Source: Euryarchaeota archaeon UBA202 (lineage in GTDB: Archaea; Thermoplasmatota; E2; UBA202). Taken from it: a stretch of DNA of 59,328 nucleotides. Every line of letters begins with the position of its first letter. Position 1 is the stretch's first letter. The translations under genes and the position numbers were made by a program. Location: positions 73,882 to 133,209 of the forward strand of contig DAQA01000008.1 in the NCBI GenBank assembly GCA_002502685.1, read 5' to 3'. Shown here in pieces: positions 28,679-38,587 of this stretch. Under the pieces are notes generated by a model, which worked only from the letters and a program-made list of their open reading frames with translations, ran no database searches and was not told the origin of the DNA.

Positions 28679-30801
28679 ATAACCCGTGAGCCTTCCGGTA
28701 TTTTTTTATCTGTATAAATATATCCTTTCTTGGTTTGTAATCTTTGTTTTTTATAGAGAATATATCCCTCTTTGTCTGTTGTCATTTTAAGTTTTTGGAA
28801 GTCTTTTAATTCCAGGGAACTTTGAGGGTTACGAGCCAGTGTTTGTATAAAAATGTGGTCACCGGGTTTTCCCTCTCCAGTAAAAAGGGCACAGATTCTA
28901 TTGCCCTGGGCGGCAATCAGCATGCCATGAGAGGTAATTCCCTTGATCACAGCAGGGACTATATTGGTAAGAACCACTGCTTTTTTCCCCACTAATTCCT
29001 CTGGGCTATACCATTTTTTTATCCCGGCTACAATTTTTCTTTTTTCTTTTTTAAGCTTTATGGAGAGGACATAGAGACTGTCGCTACGGGGGTGCTTTTT
29101 TACCTGGGTGATTTCAGCTAGCTGCAGGTCGAGATGGGGAAATATCTCTTTTTTTATATCTTCACCCACGGAGCTTTCCTCAATTTTTTTAAATAAAACA
29201 ACGGGCTCTGGAAGCTGTAGTTTTTTTACATCTCGTGTTGCCTCATCCCAGTCATAATTGCCAATCGAGTCACCATGCCCAAGCATTTTCCAGACCTGTG
29301 ATGCCTGATGGGGCATATAGGGAGTCGTGAGTATGGCAAGTGCCTTGAGAATTTTTAAACAGATATGGAGAACGGTTTGACATCGCTTTGGCTTGTCTGT
29401 TATCAGCTTCCAGGGTGCATTATCATTGAAATATTTGTTACCCGCTTGAGCTAATCTCATACATTCCTTGATTCCTTGTTTGAAATGACACTGGTGGATA
29501 CTGGAAGCGACCGTGTCAACAGTTTTGTATATCTCTTCAAGGATCTCTGTGTCACCGGATTCAAGGTCACCAAGCGGAGGTATCACCCCAAAGTTTTTAT
29601 GGGCAAAAACAAGGACCCGGTGGACAAAATTGCCATAGGTATTCACCAATTCATTATTTGTTTTGGCAATGAAGTCCTTCCAAGACCAATCAGTATCATG
29701 TTTCTCGGGCATATTAATGGAGAGATAATAGCGTATGGCATCAGGGTTAAATCGTTGTAATATATCTGGTAGCCAAATACCAAATCCTTTTGATTTGGAA
29801 AATTGTTCACCGGATAGGGTCAAATACTCATTTGCGGGAATGTCATAAGGCAACTGCAGATTGCCATACCCCATTAATATCGCTGGCCAAATAATTGAAT
29901 GAAAGGGAATATTGTCCTTGGCGAGAAAATAATAATGTTTAGCCGTCGCAGTGTCCATCCACCACTCCTTCCATCGTTCTGGCTCCCCTCTCAAATAAGC
30001 CCATTCCTGGGAGGCTGAAAAATATCCGATGACTGCCTCAAACCAGACATAGATACATTGATGGGTAAATCCCTGTAGGGGAATAGATATCCCCCATTCA
30101 AGATCCCGGGAAATAGCCCGATCCTGTAAACCCTCCTTTATCCAGTTGCGAGAAAAATTTAGAACATTAGGCTTCCAAAACTCCTTATCAGATAGCCATT
30201 CATCCAATTGTTTTTCAAAGTGTGATAACTTAAAAAAAAGATGCAGAGCCTCCCGGATTTCGGGCGGTTCTCCACAGGTGCTGCATCTGGGATCCACCAA
30301 TTCATCTAACCCCATTGTTTTTCCACAATAATCACATTGATCACCCCGGGCATTTCCATCGCAACGAGGGCATTTTCCAACAACATAGCGATCAGGCAAA
30401 AATCGCTTACAGGTCAGGCAATAGAAAATCTCCATTTTTTTGGGATAAACATATCCCTTTTCATAGAGCCTCAAAAACATATCCTGGGCAATCTTTTTAT
30501 GAAAATCCGTAGATGTACGAGTAAAGTTTTCAAAAACAATCCCTAATTTTTTTAGGCTCTCCGTATGTTGCTTATGATACCGATCAACAATTACCTGGGG
30601 AGATACCCCTTCCTTTTCCGCTTTAATGGTAATCGGTGTCCCATGTTCATCACTTCCCGACACCATCAAAACCTGATTACCCCTCAAGCGATGATAACGG
30701 GCGAAAATATCAGCTGGGAGAAGACAACCCGCCAAGGTTCCCAGGTGCATGGGCCCATTTGCATAAGGCCATGCCACACCGATAAATATCCGGTCGGTCA
30801 T
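28675..30801 (-). CDS. metG: Methionine--tRNA ligase with C-terminal tRNA-binding OB domain
   Basis: AWPYANGPMHLG, SGSDEHGTPI, Zn knuckles, YVWFEA, KDNIPFH, FSKSKG, C-terminal Trbp111-like domain. Confidence 0.96.
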   Translation of the reverse strand: MTDRIFIGVAWPYANGPMHLGTLAGCLLPADIFARYHRLRGNQVLMVSGSDEHGTPITIKAEKEGVSPQVIVDRYHKQHTESLKKLGIVFENFTRTSTDFHKKIAQDMFLRLYEKGYVYPKKMEIFYCLTCKRFLPDRYVVGKCPRCDGNARGDQCDYCGKTMGLDELVDPRCSTCGEPPEIREALHLFFKLSHFEKQLDEWLSDKEFWKPNVLNFSRNWIKEGLQDRAISRDLEWGISIPLQGFTHQCIYVWFEAVIGYFSASQEWAYLRGEPERWKEWWMDTATAKHYYFLAKDNIPFHSIIWPAILMGYGNLQLPYDIPANEYLTLSGEQFSKSKGFGIWLPDILQRFNPDAIRYYLSINMPEKHDTDWSWKDFIAKTNNELVNTYGNFVHRVLVFAHKNFGVIPPLGDLESGDTEILEEIYKTVDTVASSIHQCHFKQGIKECMRLAQAGNKYFNDNAPWKLITDKPKRCQTVLHICLKILKALAILTTPYMPHQASQVWKMLGHGDSIGNYDWDEATRDVKKLQLPEPVVLFKKIEESSVGEDIKKEIFPHLDLQLAEITQVKKHPRSDSLYVLSIKLKKEKRKIVAGIKKWYSPEELVGKKAVVLTNIVPAVIKGITSHGMLIAAQGNRICALFTGEGKPGDHIFIQTLARNPQSSLELKDFQKLKMTTDKEGYILYKKQRLQTKKGYIYTDKKIPEGSRVI

Positions 30802-31003
30802 TAGTCACCTAATACAGAATAAATATTTAAAAAAAAAACCCGTAACATATTAATAATACTTCGCCATAATAGACACTGAAATTAGTGCATCACCCATTAT
30901 GAATCACTATTTCACACAGTTACAATTTCAGGTTCATAAAAAAATTTCCTTAAAGAAATTACCCATTTGAGGAAAAGATGTACTATTTCTGGAGAAAATT
31001 ACC

Positions 31004-32155
31004 ATGACAATGGATCCAACTTCAACGAAATATTTAGTTAAAGCAAATATAAGAGTAGATGGAACAGTCGAACAATCAGATGTTATTGGCGCAATTTTTG
31101 GTCAAACAGAAGGACTCATCGGGGATGAACTTGATTTACGGGACCTACAAAAATCAGCCCGTGTGGGACGAATCGAAGTCAATATTGATTCCATTAAAGG
31201 AAAAAGCGAGGGTACCTTAATGCTTCATTCCGCCATGGAAAAAGTGGAAACTTCCATCTTGGCGGCGGCCATTGAATCAGTGGATAGAATTGGTCCCTGT
31301 AAAGCCGAGGTAAAAGTTGACCATGTGGAAGATGTTCGTATATCCAAAAGGAAAAAAGTTTTGGAGAGAGCAAAACAGCTCCTGGGGGAGATCATCAAGG
31401 AAGATAAGGAAAAGACTGAGGATTTGGCTGAGTCGGTACGGCAGGCTCTCCAGATAGAAGAGATTACTAGCTATGGACCTGATAAGCTTCCTGCAGGGCC
31501 CAATATTTCCAAGAGTGATGCTATTATCCTTGTGGAAGGAAGAAATGATGTTGCTAATCTTTTGAAATATGGCATCAAAAATGCTATCTCTGTGGAAGGT
31601 ACCAATATCCCCCAAACAATTATTGATTTATGCGAGGAACGGGTTGCCACAGCATTTGTTGATGGTGACCGTGGGGGGTCACTGATTTTGAAGGAGCTTT
31701 TCCAGGTGGCAGATATTGATTTTGTGACCCGGGCTCCCAAGACACGGGAGGTGGAGGAGATTCCCCAGAAACTGTTGACCAAGGCATTGAAAAACAAGAT
31801 TCCCGCTGAGCAGTATGCTGAGATGTATGGCATCAAGCTTGAAAATAAAGAGGTGAAGACGAATAAGGAACAGGATCAATACAAGCAGATACTTGCTGAA
31901 GTGACCGGGAAGCATAAGGGAGTTTTTTTGGATAAGAATGGAAAAAAGGTGGGGGAGATTAATGTGGACAGCCTGGTGAATGAATTAAAGGATAAAAATC
32001 CTCATGCTATTGTCTTTGATGGCATCATTACGCAGCGATTGGTTGATATTGCGCATGATAGGGGTGTGAAAACCATTGTCTCCATCAAAAGTGGTGATAT
32101 CACAAAAAAGCCAGATTCGCTGGAGTTAATCGAGGCCCAAGAGCTGGGATTATAA
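31004..32155 (+). CDS. dnaG: Archaeal DnaG (TOPRIM)
   Basis: DVIGAIFGQTEGLIG, VEGRNDV, FVDGDRGG, FDGIITQRL. Confidence 0.96.
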   Translation: MTMDPTSTKYLVKANIRVDGTVEQSDVIGAIFGQTEGLIGDELDLRDLQKSARVGRIEVNIDSIKGKSEGTLMLHSAMEKVETSILAAAIESVDRIGPCKAEVKVDHVEDVRISKRKKVLERAKQLLGEIIKEDKEKTEDLAESVRQALQIEEITSYGPDKLPAGPNISKSDAIILVEGRNDVANLLKYGIKNAISVEGTNIPQTIIDLCEERVATAFVDGDRGGSLILKELFQVADIDFVTRAPKTREVEEIPQKLLTKALKNKIPAEQYAEMYGIKLENKEVKTNKEQDQYKQILAEVTGKHKGVFLDKNGKKVGEINVDSLVNELKDKNPHAIVFDGIITQRLVDIAHDRGVKTIVSIKSGDITKKPDSLELIEAQELGL

Positions 32156-32280
32156 ATAAATCCTTTTTTTCCCTCTTTTTTTACTTTTTTTTTATTTAAT
32201 CATGCAGATGTGGTGCCTATGAGTGGTGCCTCTAATAAAAAGTTTATTAAGTACAAATAGATAATATTTGTGATACTATT

Positions 32281-32514
32281 ATGATAACGGCATTTGTCCT
32301 TATTTCAACTGTACCAACAAAGGAGCATGAAGTTTATGATGAATTATGTAAAGTAAAAAAAATAATTGAGCTTCATTCATTATTTGGTGAATATGATTTA
32401 TTAGCAAAGATAGAGGCACAAAATCCAGATGAGCTCATACAAATCATCATAAATGAAATCAGGGCACTGGAGGGAGTAGCAGACACAAAAACATTAACTG
32501 GGGCAATATTCTAA
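32281..32514 (+). CDS. Stand-alone Lrp/AsnC ligand-binding (RAM) domain protein
   Basis: AFVLI...LFGEYDLLAKI...IRALEGVADTKTL; no HTH. Confidence 0.9.
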   Translation: MITAFVLISTVPTKEHEVYDELCKVKKIIELHSLFGEYDLLAKIEAQNPDELIQIIINEIRALEGVADTKTLTGAIF

Positions 32515-32840
32515 TCATAAAAAAGTAGGGATGAGGGGGAATCGATCACGTACCTCTATTTTATGGTTTCTTTTTAGTCCCCGGGTTACTTTCTTGCTAT
32601 CTCACCAGTTGAGGGGGTAAACTATCCATTGCACTAGGGGTGGACATATAAAATTGTGGTATGTCCTCATTCTTCTTTGGTGCTGTCATACCGTTTTTTA
32701 CCTTTCTCTTATAATCTTTATCGCTTTCCTGTATATTTTTCCTGATGCCATTTATGACTATTTTTGTTGAGTATGGTCCTCTAGTCTATATTTATAGAAA
32801 GGTTTAAAAACTTATATTTAATACTTCTCCATGGGATGAG

Positions 32841-33116
32841 ATGCATAAGGATGAGATAATTCAGCTTCACACTCTATTTGTTCAAATCAAAGAGGAAATT
32901 GAACGGCAACTTTCCGTCAATGACATCTTTGGGGAATATAAACAACTCGGTATCTATCCTCAACATGTCCACAAGTCAAAGGATGAGCATAAAAAAGCTA
33001 TTTTTATCTTGGGAAAAGAAATCGCAACAGTTTTTTCAACCAGTAAATACTCGGGTCCTGATAGAGTTGCTCTCCGCCTTGCGCGAATGGGGATGAAAAT
33101 TGGGCAGAAACCCTAG
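32841..33116 (+). CDS. UPF0058 family protein
   Basis: MHKDEIIQLH...YPQHVHKSKDEHKKAIFILG. Confidence 0.9.
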   Translation: MHKDEIIQLHTLFVQIKEEIERQLSVNDIFGEYKQLGIYPQHVHKSKDEHKKAIFILGKEIATVFSTSKYSGPDRVALRLARMGMKIGQKP

Positions 33117-33217
33117 CCATCTACCAATATCGTCATGATAGATCTCCTGTAGATGCGGCTAGTCATACTCTATATTTTACACAAGAGACTACATCCCAGT
33201 AAACCTGTTTTATTTTT

Positions 33218-34210
33218 TTATATCCTATAATTTTTAATCACCTCATCTGGCAATGGATGGATAGTACTGGTTCTTTTTGGTGTTGCACTTGCCCATACGT
33301 GTGCCTGTACTATATTTTTGGTACAGTCGCTGTAACGGGCACAGATTGCGGCTGCCAGGGCAACATCCTTTTTATCTTTTCCTTGAAGGAGTGTTCGTGG
33401 GCTTCCGCATCCGATAATTTCAATTAAGCTATCTTTTTCATCTGCAAGGTCAGTGAGAATAGCGTTTTCTTGTTCATTTCTTCCCACGATCACCTTGACT
33501 CCATTTTCTAATCTGAAGTGTCTGCCGTACCGTAACCGGATGAGATATCGCGGGGTATCTTCTCCATGATCAAAGGCATCCTTTATTCTTCGGGTGAATT
33601 GGGGGTCTGTGAGCATACACCCTCCCGCTGGCCAGGGATAGGACTTGATGCCGAATTTCTGGGCAAGTACAATTTGTTCTTTTCTTCCCCGTCCACTCAA
33701 ATCCAGTAGTTTCTCTCTGTCTATCCATCCCCTTTTTTCCGGGATCGTCATTTCCAAATTTTTTGCTGACAGAGGTCGCACAATAAGGCTTTGTAATCCT
33801 GTTTTTCTTTCAATCATTTCCAGGGTTTTTTTTTGTTGAGTCATAGGGCGTTGACCGACTACTTCCCCCGTGAATATAAATGAGGCCTTGGTTTTTTCCA
33901 TATAATCCTTTGCTTTTTTTATCATGTATACTCTGCAGTCAATACAGGGATTCATGTTTTTTCCATAGCCAAATTTTGGATTTTTTACCATCTCTATATA
34001 GTCCTTCCTCAAGGTGCCAATTTTTATCTTCACCCCTAGGTCTTTGTTTGTCACATAGGTTTTTTTTTTGGTATCCCCGGGGGAGGGACAAAACGGGGTA
34101 ACAAAAGTAATCAGGCGTGTGTCGATATCCTGCATGAGCATCAGTTTTGTTGCCAGAAGGCTGTCCAACCCTCCGGAAAAAAGTCCCACTGCTTTAACAT
34201 TATTTTTCAT
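33218..34210 (-). CDS. PP-loop tRNA thiolation enzyme (ThiI/MnmA-like, DUF814-associated type)
   Basis: SGGLDS PP-loop, NPCIDCR, TGEVVGQRPM, PAGGCMLTD, GRHFR, VGRN. Confidence 0.82.
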   Translation of the reverse strand: MKNNVKAVGLFSGGLDSLLATKLMLMQDIDTRLITFVTPFCPSPGDTKKKTYVTNKDLGVKIKIGTLRKDYIEMVKNPKFGYGKNMNPCIDCRVYMIKKAKDYMEKTKASFIFTGEVVGQRPMTQQKKTLEMIERKTGLQSLIVRPLSAKNLEMTIPEKRGWIDREKLLDLSGRGRKEQIVLAQKFGIKSYPWPAGGCMLTDPQFTRRIKDAFDHGEDTPRYLIRLRYGRHFRLENGVKVIVGRNEQENAILTDLADEKDSLIEIIGCGSPRTLLQGKDKKDVALAAAICARYSDCTKNIVQAHVWASATPKRTSTIHPLPDEVIKNYRI

Positions 34211-34429
34211 TTACACGATGCATGCATCTTTGTAATTATTAAACCTTTTATTTGATGCATGAACAAGGGAATTCTCCAAATTTTTTTTTTTGGGTAATCC
34301 TTTCCAGTGTTTACTATTTATTATCAACGTTATATCTTCCCTTGATGCAGGAGCAAATAATCAATGTAGGGTCGATATCTTTTGATTATTATCTGGATAT
34401 CAAATGTTGCATATTTGTATATCCCACTT

Positions 34430-34615
34430 GTTGCGTCACTCCTGGACAGGATAAAAAATAGTTGTGGAATCGTTATCACTGCACATCTTGATACCTACCC
34501 CATCAACTGGCAATCCCCTGCAGGAAGCAATTCTGCTCTTGATGCTAAAACAGTTCAGGAATGGATATTACTAGGGGATCCCTCCCTGGTGATTGGCGGC
34601 TATCCCTTCCCTTAA
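34430..34615 (+). pseudogene. C-terminal fragment of a C25 gingipain-like peptidase
   Basis: DAKTVQEWILLGDPSLVIGGYP matches the C25 terminal motif (compare YNLLGDPSL in 5877..8171); upstream domain absent. Confidence 0.7.
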
Positions 34616-34688
34616 CTAAAAAATACTCTAATCTAGACCAGGATGAATCCCACAAAGAATAAAGTGTTCCCCGTCCCTCCTCATTTTT

Positions 34689-36320
34689 TTATTTTTTTCG
34701 CAATTCTCGCCTCAGTATCTTACCTGAAGTTGTTTTCGGAAGTTCATCCACATATTCAATAACCCGGGGATATTTATAGGGAGCCGTGACTTTCTTTACA
34801 TACTCCTGTAACTCCTTTGTCAAAGATGATGAAGGCCTTATACCCCTCGCAAGGACAACAAAGGCCTTTACGATATCCCCCCGTACACCCTTGGGGTCGA
34901 GGGCAGCCACCACGGCACATTCCACCACAGCGTTATGTTCCAGTAATGCGGATTCGACCTCAAAGGGACCAATCCGGTATCCGGATGATTTTATGACATC
35001 ATCTGAGCGTCCCACAAACCAGAAATATCCATCTTTATCCTTGTATCCCCTATCTCCGGTAAAATAATAGTCACCCCGAAAGGCCTCTTGCATGGCATCA
35101 GGATCCTTCCAGTATTCAGTAAACAGGCCAGGTGGTCTTTCCTTTCCTATATAGAGAGCAATATTTCCTTCTTGGTTTTCCTCCACCTCCTGCCCCATGT
35201 CATCCACGATACGGACGTCATGACCGGGTGTGGGTTTCCCCACAGAACCATATTTTATTGGCATAAAGGGGTAATTTGATAGGACACACACGGTTTCTGT
35301 TTGCCCATAGAAATCATATATCTCAAGACCAAATGCCTTCTTCCATACCCTGATGATCTCGGGGTTAAGTGGCTCACCGGCACTCATGCAATGACGAAGA
35401 TTTAAATGATATTTCTGCAGATCAAGTTGGATGAGTAAACGGTATACAGTGGGTGGGGCACAGAATGTAGTCACGCCGTATCTTTCCATAGCATTTAATA
35501 GTCCATGGGGGTCAAATCTCCCGGGTGTTTCCCATTGAATGATGGCGGCGCCCACGATCATTTGGCCAAATAGTTTTCCCCATGCGGCCTTTGCCCATCC
35601 TGTCTCAGAAACCGTCCAATGAAGATCGCATTTGGTTAGTGCTTGGGCGAACCGGGCGGTGACCTCGTGGCCCAGGGGATAGCTGTGTGAATGGAGAACC
35701 ATTTTAGGTGGACCTGTTGTTCCAGATGTAAAATAGATAAGTAGGGGATCGGTTGACCGTGTTTTATAGTCTTTTTCTTTTTCCATTACCCTGGGTACCT
35801 TATTTATTTCCTCTTGATAATTCATCCATCCTTCTCTCTGGGCATCCACGAGCATTACATGTTTGAGAGTGGGGCATTTCTTTTTGATGAGTTCGACTTT
35901 TGAGGCATGATCAAGATCAGTGATAACCATACAGCCCTCCGCTCGGTTTAATCGGTATTCTATGTCATGTTCGGTGAGAAGAACAGTGCCAGGCATGGCC
36001 ACTACTCCTCTTTTAAACAGACCGATAAGGGTAATGTACCATTCCGGTATGCTTTGCAGAATGACAAGGACTCTGTCTCCTTTTTTAATTCCCTTGTTTT
36101 TTAATACATTGGCAAATTGATCAGAGAGAACCTTGAGGTCATAAAATGTGTGGTAATGCGCCTTCTCTCCGGATCCAGTAAGGGATATGAGCGCTAGTTT
36201 AGTCCGGTCTTCGGCCCATTGATCAACAACATCGAAGCCAAAGTTATAGTATTCGGGAACGTTCCATTGAAAATTATTATACAAGAATTTATACCTGTCT
36301 TTTTTTGTTTCTGTAGCCAT
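34689..36320 (-). CDS. Medium-chain acyl-CoA synthetase (AMP-forming)
   Basis: YFTSGTTGPPKMVLH, SAGEPLN, YGQTET, TGDRG, GYRIGPFEVES, PKTTSGKI. Confidence 0.94.
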   Translation of the reverse strand: MATETKKDRYKFLYNNFQWNVPEYYNFGFDVVDQWAEDRTKLALISLTGSGEKAHYHTFYDLKVLSDQFANVLKNKGIKKGDRVLVILQSIPEWYITLIGLFKRGVVAMPGTVLLTEHDIEYRLNRAEGCMVITDLDHASKVELIKKKCPTLKHVMLVDAQREGWMNYQEEINKVPRVMEKEKDYKTRSTDPLLIYFTSGTTGPPKMVLHSHSYPLGHEVTARFAQALTKCDLHWTVSETGWAKAAWGKLFGQMIVGAAIIQWETPGRFDPHGLLNAMERYGVTTFCAPPTVYRLLIQLDLQKYHLNLRHCMSAGEPLNPEIIRVWKKAFGLEIYDFYGQTETVCVLSNYPFMPIKYGSVGKPTPGHDVRIVDDMGQEVEENQEGNIALYIGKERPPGLFTEYWKDPDAMQEAFRGDYYFTGDRGYKDKDGYFWFVGRSDDVIKSSGYRIGPFEVESALLEHNAVVECAVVAALDPKGVRGDIVKAFVVLARGIRPSSSLTKELQEYVKKVTAPYKYPRVIEYVDELPKTTSGKILRRELRKK

Positions 36321-36496
36321 ACAAAAGAGAGGTATAAATTATCATTTTTTATATGTATCTCTTTTCTTGATAAAGCATGTTACATGGATAGGTGTAAATG
36401 GATACACCTTATATTCTTTAATCAGTTTTATTTTTTGTTTTATTTCTCTTTTGTCTGTTTTCATTTTTTTTTTGCTGATGAATGGATAGTGTTTAG

Positions 36497-37750
36497 TTGG
36501 TACTATCTTTTTGGGGTGTTAAAAGCAAGTGGATAGGTTATCTTAATATAGGTCCTTTTTTTTTCTTATTGGTGAAGAGTATCTATCAAGTATCTCTGGT
36601 GATTGTTCTGTGTGGTCTAGTGGTCGTGATACTGGGTTTCCTCTTTTTTCCCCATCTTTTTTATGATCAATTCATTTGGAAATATTTTTGGGGTCCCCTG
36701 AAAGCAGATGCTGTGAGTCATCCTGTGGAGTTGCATGGCATCTGGGCATATGAGGGATATACTCTTGTTTCAGAAATTATCTATGGAGTGTTCCTCATTT
36801 TTTCCCTTTTAGGTATCTATAAATTTTTCAAGATTTTAAAAGTACAGGTCAATTCCTCATTTTTTCTGGCTGTTTTTCCATTTATTTTACTGGGGCCCAT
36901 TGCTCGTGTTCTAGAGGATTCCGGATTGTATCATCCTCCTCTCATTTATTGGTTTATCTCCCCCCTAATCTACGTCCAGATCGCTTTTTATTTTTTTGGG
37001 TCATTTCTGTTTAGTTATTATCTTGAAAAATCCCGTTTTTCTTTCCGGAAAATTTTGCTACTATTTGGTGGGTCCCTTCTTTGTATAAATCTTTTTTATT
37101 TCATTATCTATGTTTTCCGGCAGGATGCATGCAGTTATTATATGTCTTCTCTTGTATTGATTGTTTTTTCCCTGTTTTCCTTTTTAATGGTTTTGGGTTT
37201 CCTCTGGTATTTCCAAAAGTTTACCTATCCTATGGCTCTATCATCTTTGGGTGTCCTTATCCTTCTTCCCGCGATCTATCTTATTGGGCGATGGCTCAGT
37301 GGTTCTCCTTGGATGGAAACAGGAGAAACATATTTTGTTGTTCTCCCCCTGGTGCTTCTTTTTGCCGGGGGCACGGTTTTAGGAATATTTGTCTTGTCAA
37401 AAATAGATATTCTCCCTGTAAAAACCACATTGATCAACTTATTTTTAGTCTTTGGCCATATGCTGGATGGATGGGCAAGTTATCTTGCTGTAAAGGACCC
37501 CTTCAATCTGGGTCTTATTTATGGAGAAAAACATCCCTTGCCCCAGTTTTTAATGGATCATGTACACGGCCTTTCCTATCCTGTAGTAAAACTTTCCATG
37601 GTCCTCATTGTTCTCTATCTCATCGACGCACCCTTTAAACAAGAATTAGAAAAATATTTTAATCTGAGTAATTTGCTTAAATTAGCAATCCTTATCTTGG
37701 GTTTTGCACCTGGCTTACGGGATTTACTTCGCGTTGTCATGGGAATCTAA
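36497..37750 (+). CDS. DUF63 family membrane protein
   Basis: FIWKYFWGP, GYTLVSE, RVLEDSG, HMLDGWAS, YGEKHPL, LGFAPGLRDLLR; true start may be GTG near 36572. Confidence 0.85.
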   Translation: MVLSFWGVKSKWIGYLNIGPFFFLLVKSIYQVSLVIVLCGLVVVILGFLFFPHLFYDQFIWKYFWGPLKADAVSHPVELHGIWAYEGYTLVSEIIYGVFLIFSLLGIYKFFKILKVQVNSSFFLAVFPFILLGPIARVLEDSGLYHPPLIYWFISPLIYVQIAFYFFGSFLFSYYLEKSRFSFRKILLLFGGSLLCINLFYFIIYVFRQDACSYYMSSLVLIVFSLFSFLMVLGFLWYFQKFTYPMALSSLGVLILLPAIYLIGRWLSGSPWMETGETYFVVLPLVLLFAGGTVLGIFVLSKIDILPVKTTLINLFLVFGHMLDGWASYLAVKDPFNLGLIYGEKHPLPQFLMDHVHGLSYPVVKLSMVLIVLYLIDAPFKQELEKYFNLSNLLKLAILILGFAPGLRDLLRVVMGI

Positions 37751-37915
37751 AAAATCTCTATATACCCATTAGGAAAAAAGGTCTAGATTTTTTTATATTT
37801 TTGGCAACCACCAGTGTGTACTAACCATGGCTAGATGAACAACCTATAAAAGGAAGAGGCATTTTTCCTGGTTTTTTTATGGAGTTAGGATAAAAAAGTT
37901 TAGTGATATGATTAC

Positions 37916-38110
37916 TTATTTGTGATGTAGCTTTATAAAGGTATTCAAGGACCGGTCATAGGTTTTCTCAATGTCGGGTGGAAAAAAACAGGCAGGTAAC
38001 TCTTTACGTTTCCAGTGATAATCAAGGCATTCACAACAGATACCTTTTCTTGAACATCCCTCCCAGGTACAATTACATTTTTTAAGGTTTTCCTCTTTTT
38101 TACATTCCAT
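37916..38110 (-). CDS. Small Cys-rich protein (DUF6485-like)
   Basis: [21 protein letters not shown]...LPACFF...TYDRS. Confidence 0.8.
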   Translation of the reverse strand: MECKKEENLKKCNCTWEGCSRKGICCECLDYHWKRKELPACFFPPDIEKTYDRSLNTFIKLHHK

Positions 38111-38520
38111 TATGCCACCTTCACCTGATGAATGGTATCTTTAATAATTTTTTCATGGTCAAAAGCCAAGCGGGGAAGATCATTAAGATCAAAAAAATCT
38201 ATACCCTCCGCGTCACTTCCCGCCCGGGGGTTTCCCCTAGCGATACTCAATAAATACACAATGGAGATTGTGTGTCCTCGTGGATCCCTCTTGGGATCTG
38301 AATAAACTCCCAATATTTTCGGTATAGTTCCCGTTATTCCTGTTTCCTCCTGAACTTCTCGTATCACCGCTTCTTCTGTTGTTTCTCCATACTCAACAAA
38401 ACCACCGGGTAATGCCCACTGTCCCCGAAAAGGTTCATTGCCGCGTTTGATGAGCAAAATCATCTTGTTTTTTATGATGATGCCATCAACCGTCAAACGA
38501 GGAAATTTCATGCAGTACAA
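38110..38520 (-). CDS. NUDIX hydrolase
   Basis: [27 protein letters not shown] Nudix box, RDPRGH, LAFDH. Confidence 0.95.
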   Translation of the reverse strand: MYCMKFPRLTVDGIIIKNKMILLIKRGNEPFRGQWALPGGFVEYGETTEEAVIREVQEETGITGTIPKILGVYSDPKRDPRGHTISIVYLLSIARGNPRAGSDAEGIDFFDLNDLPRLAFDHEKIIKDTIHQVKVA

Positions 38521-38587
38521 TACATAAGGAGGATAAAAAAACTATGATGTACCAAAAAACATAATATCTGAACTTTCATTAAATGAT

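Noticed and set aside
30735-30752. MetRS HIGH motif reads HLGT
   Set aside because: The fourth position varies among class I synthetases and the rest of the enzyme is canonical.
32561-32599. Pyrrolysine read-through of the TAG in the small ORF
   Set aside because: No pyl genes are in the window, and TAG serves as an ordinary stop for many genes here.
32529-32670. tRNA-like 3' end (TCGATTCCCCCTCATCC) and RNase P-like GAGGA...GTCC on the minus strand
   Set aside because: No cloverleaf can be built, and the complementary RNase P P4 3' strand is absent.
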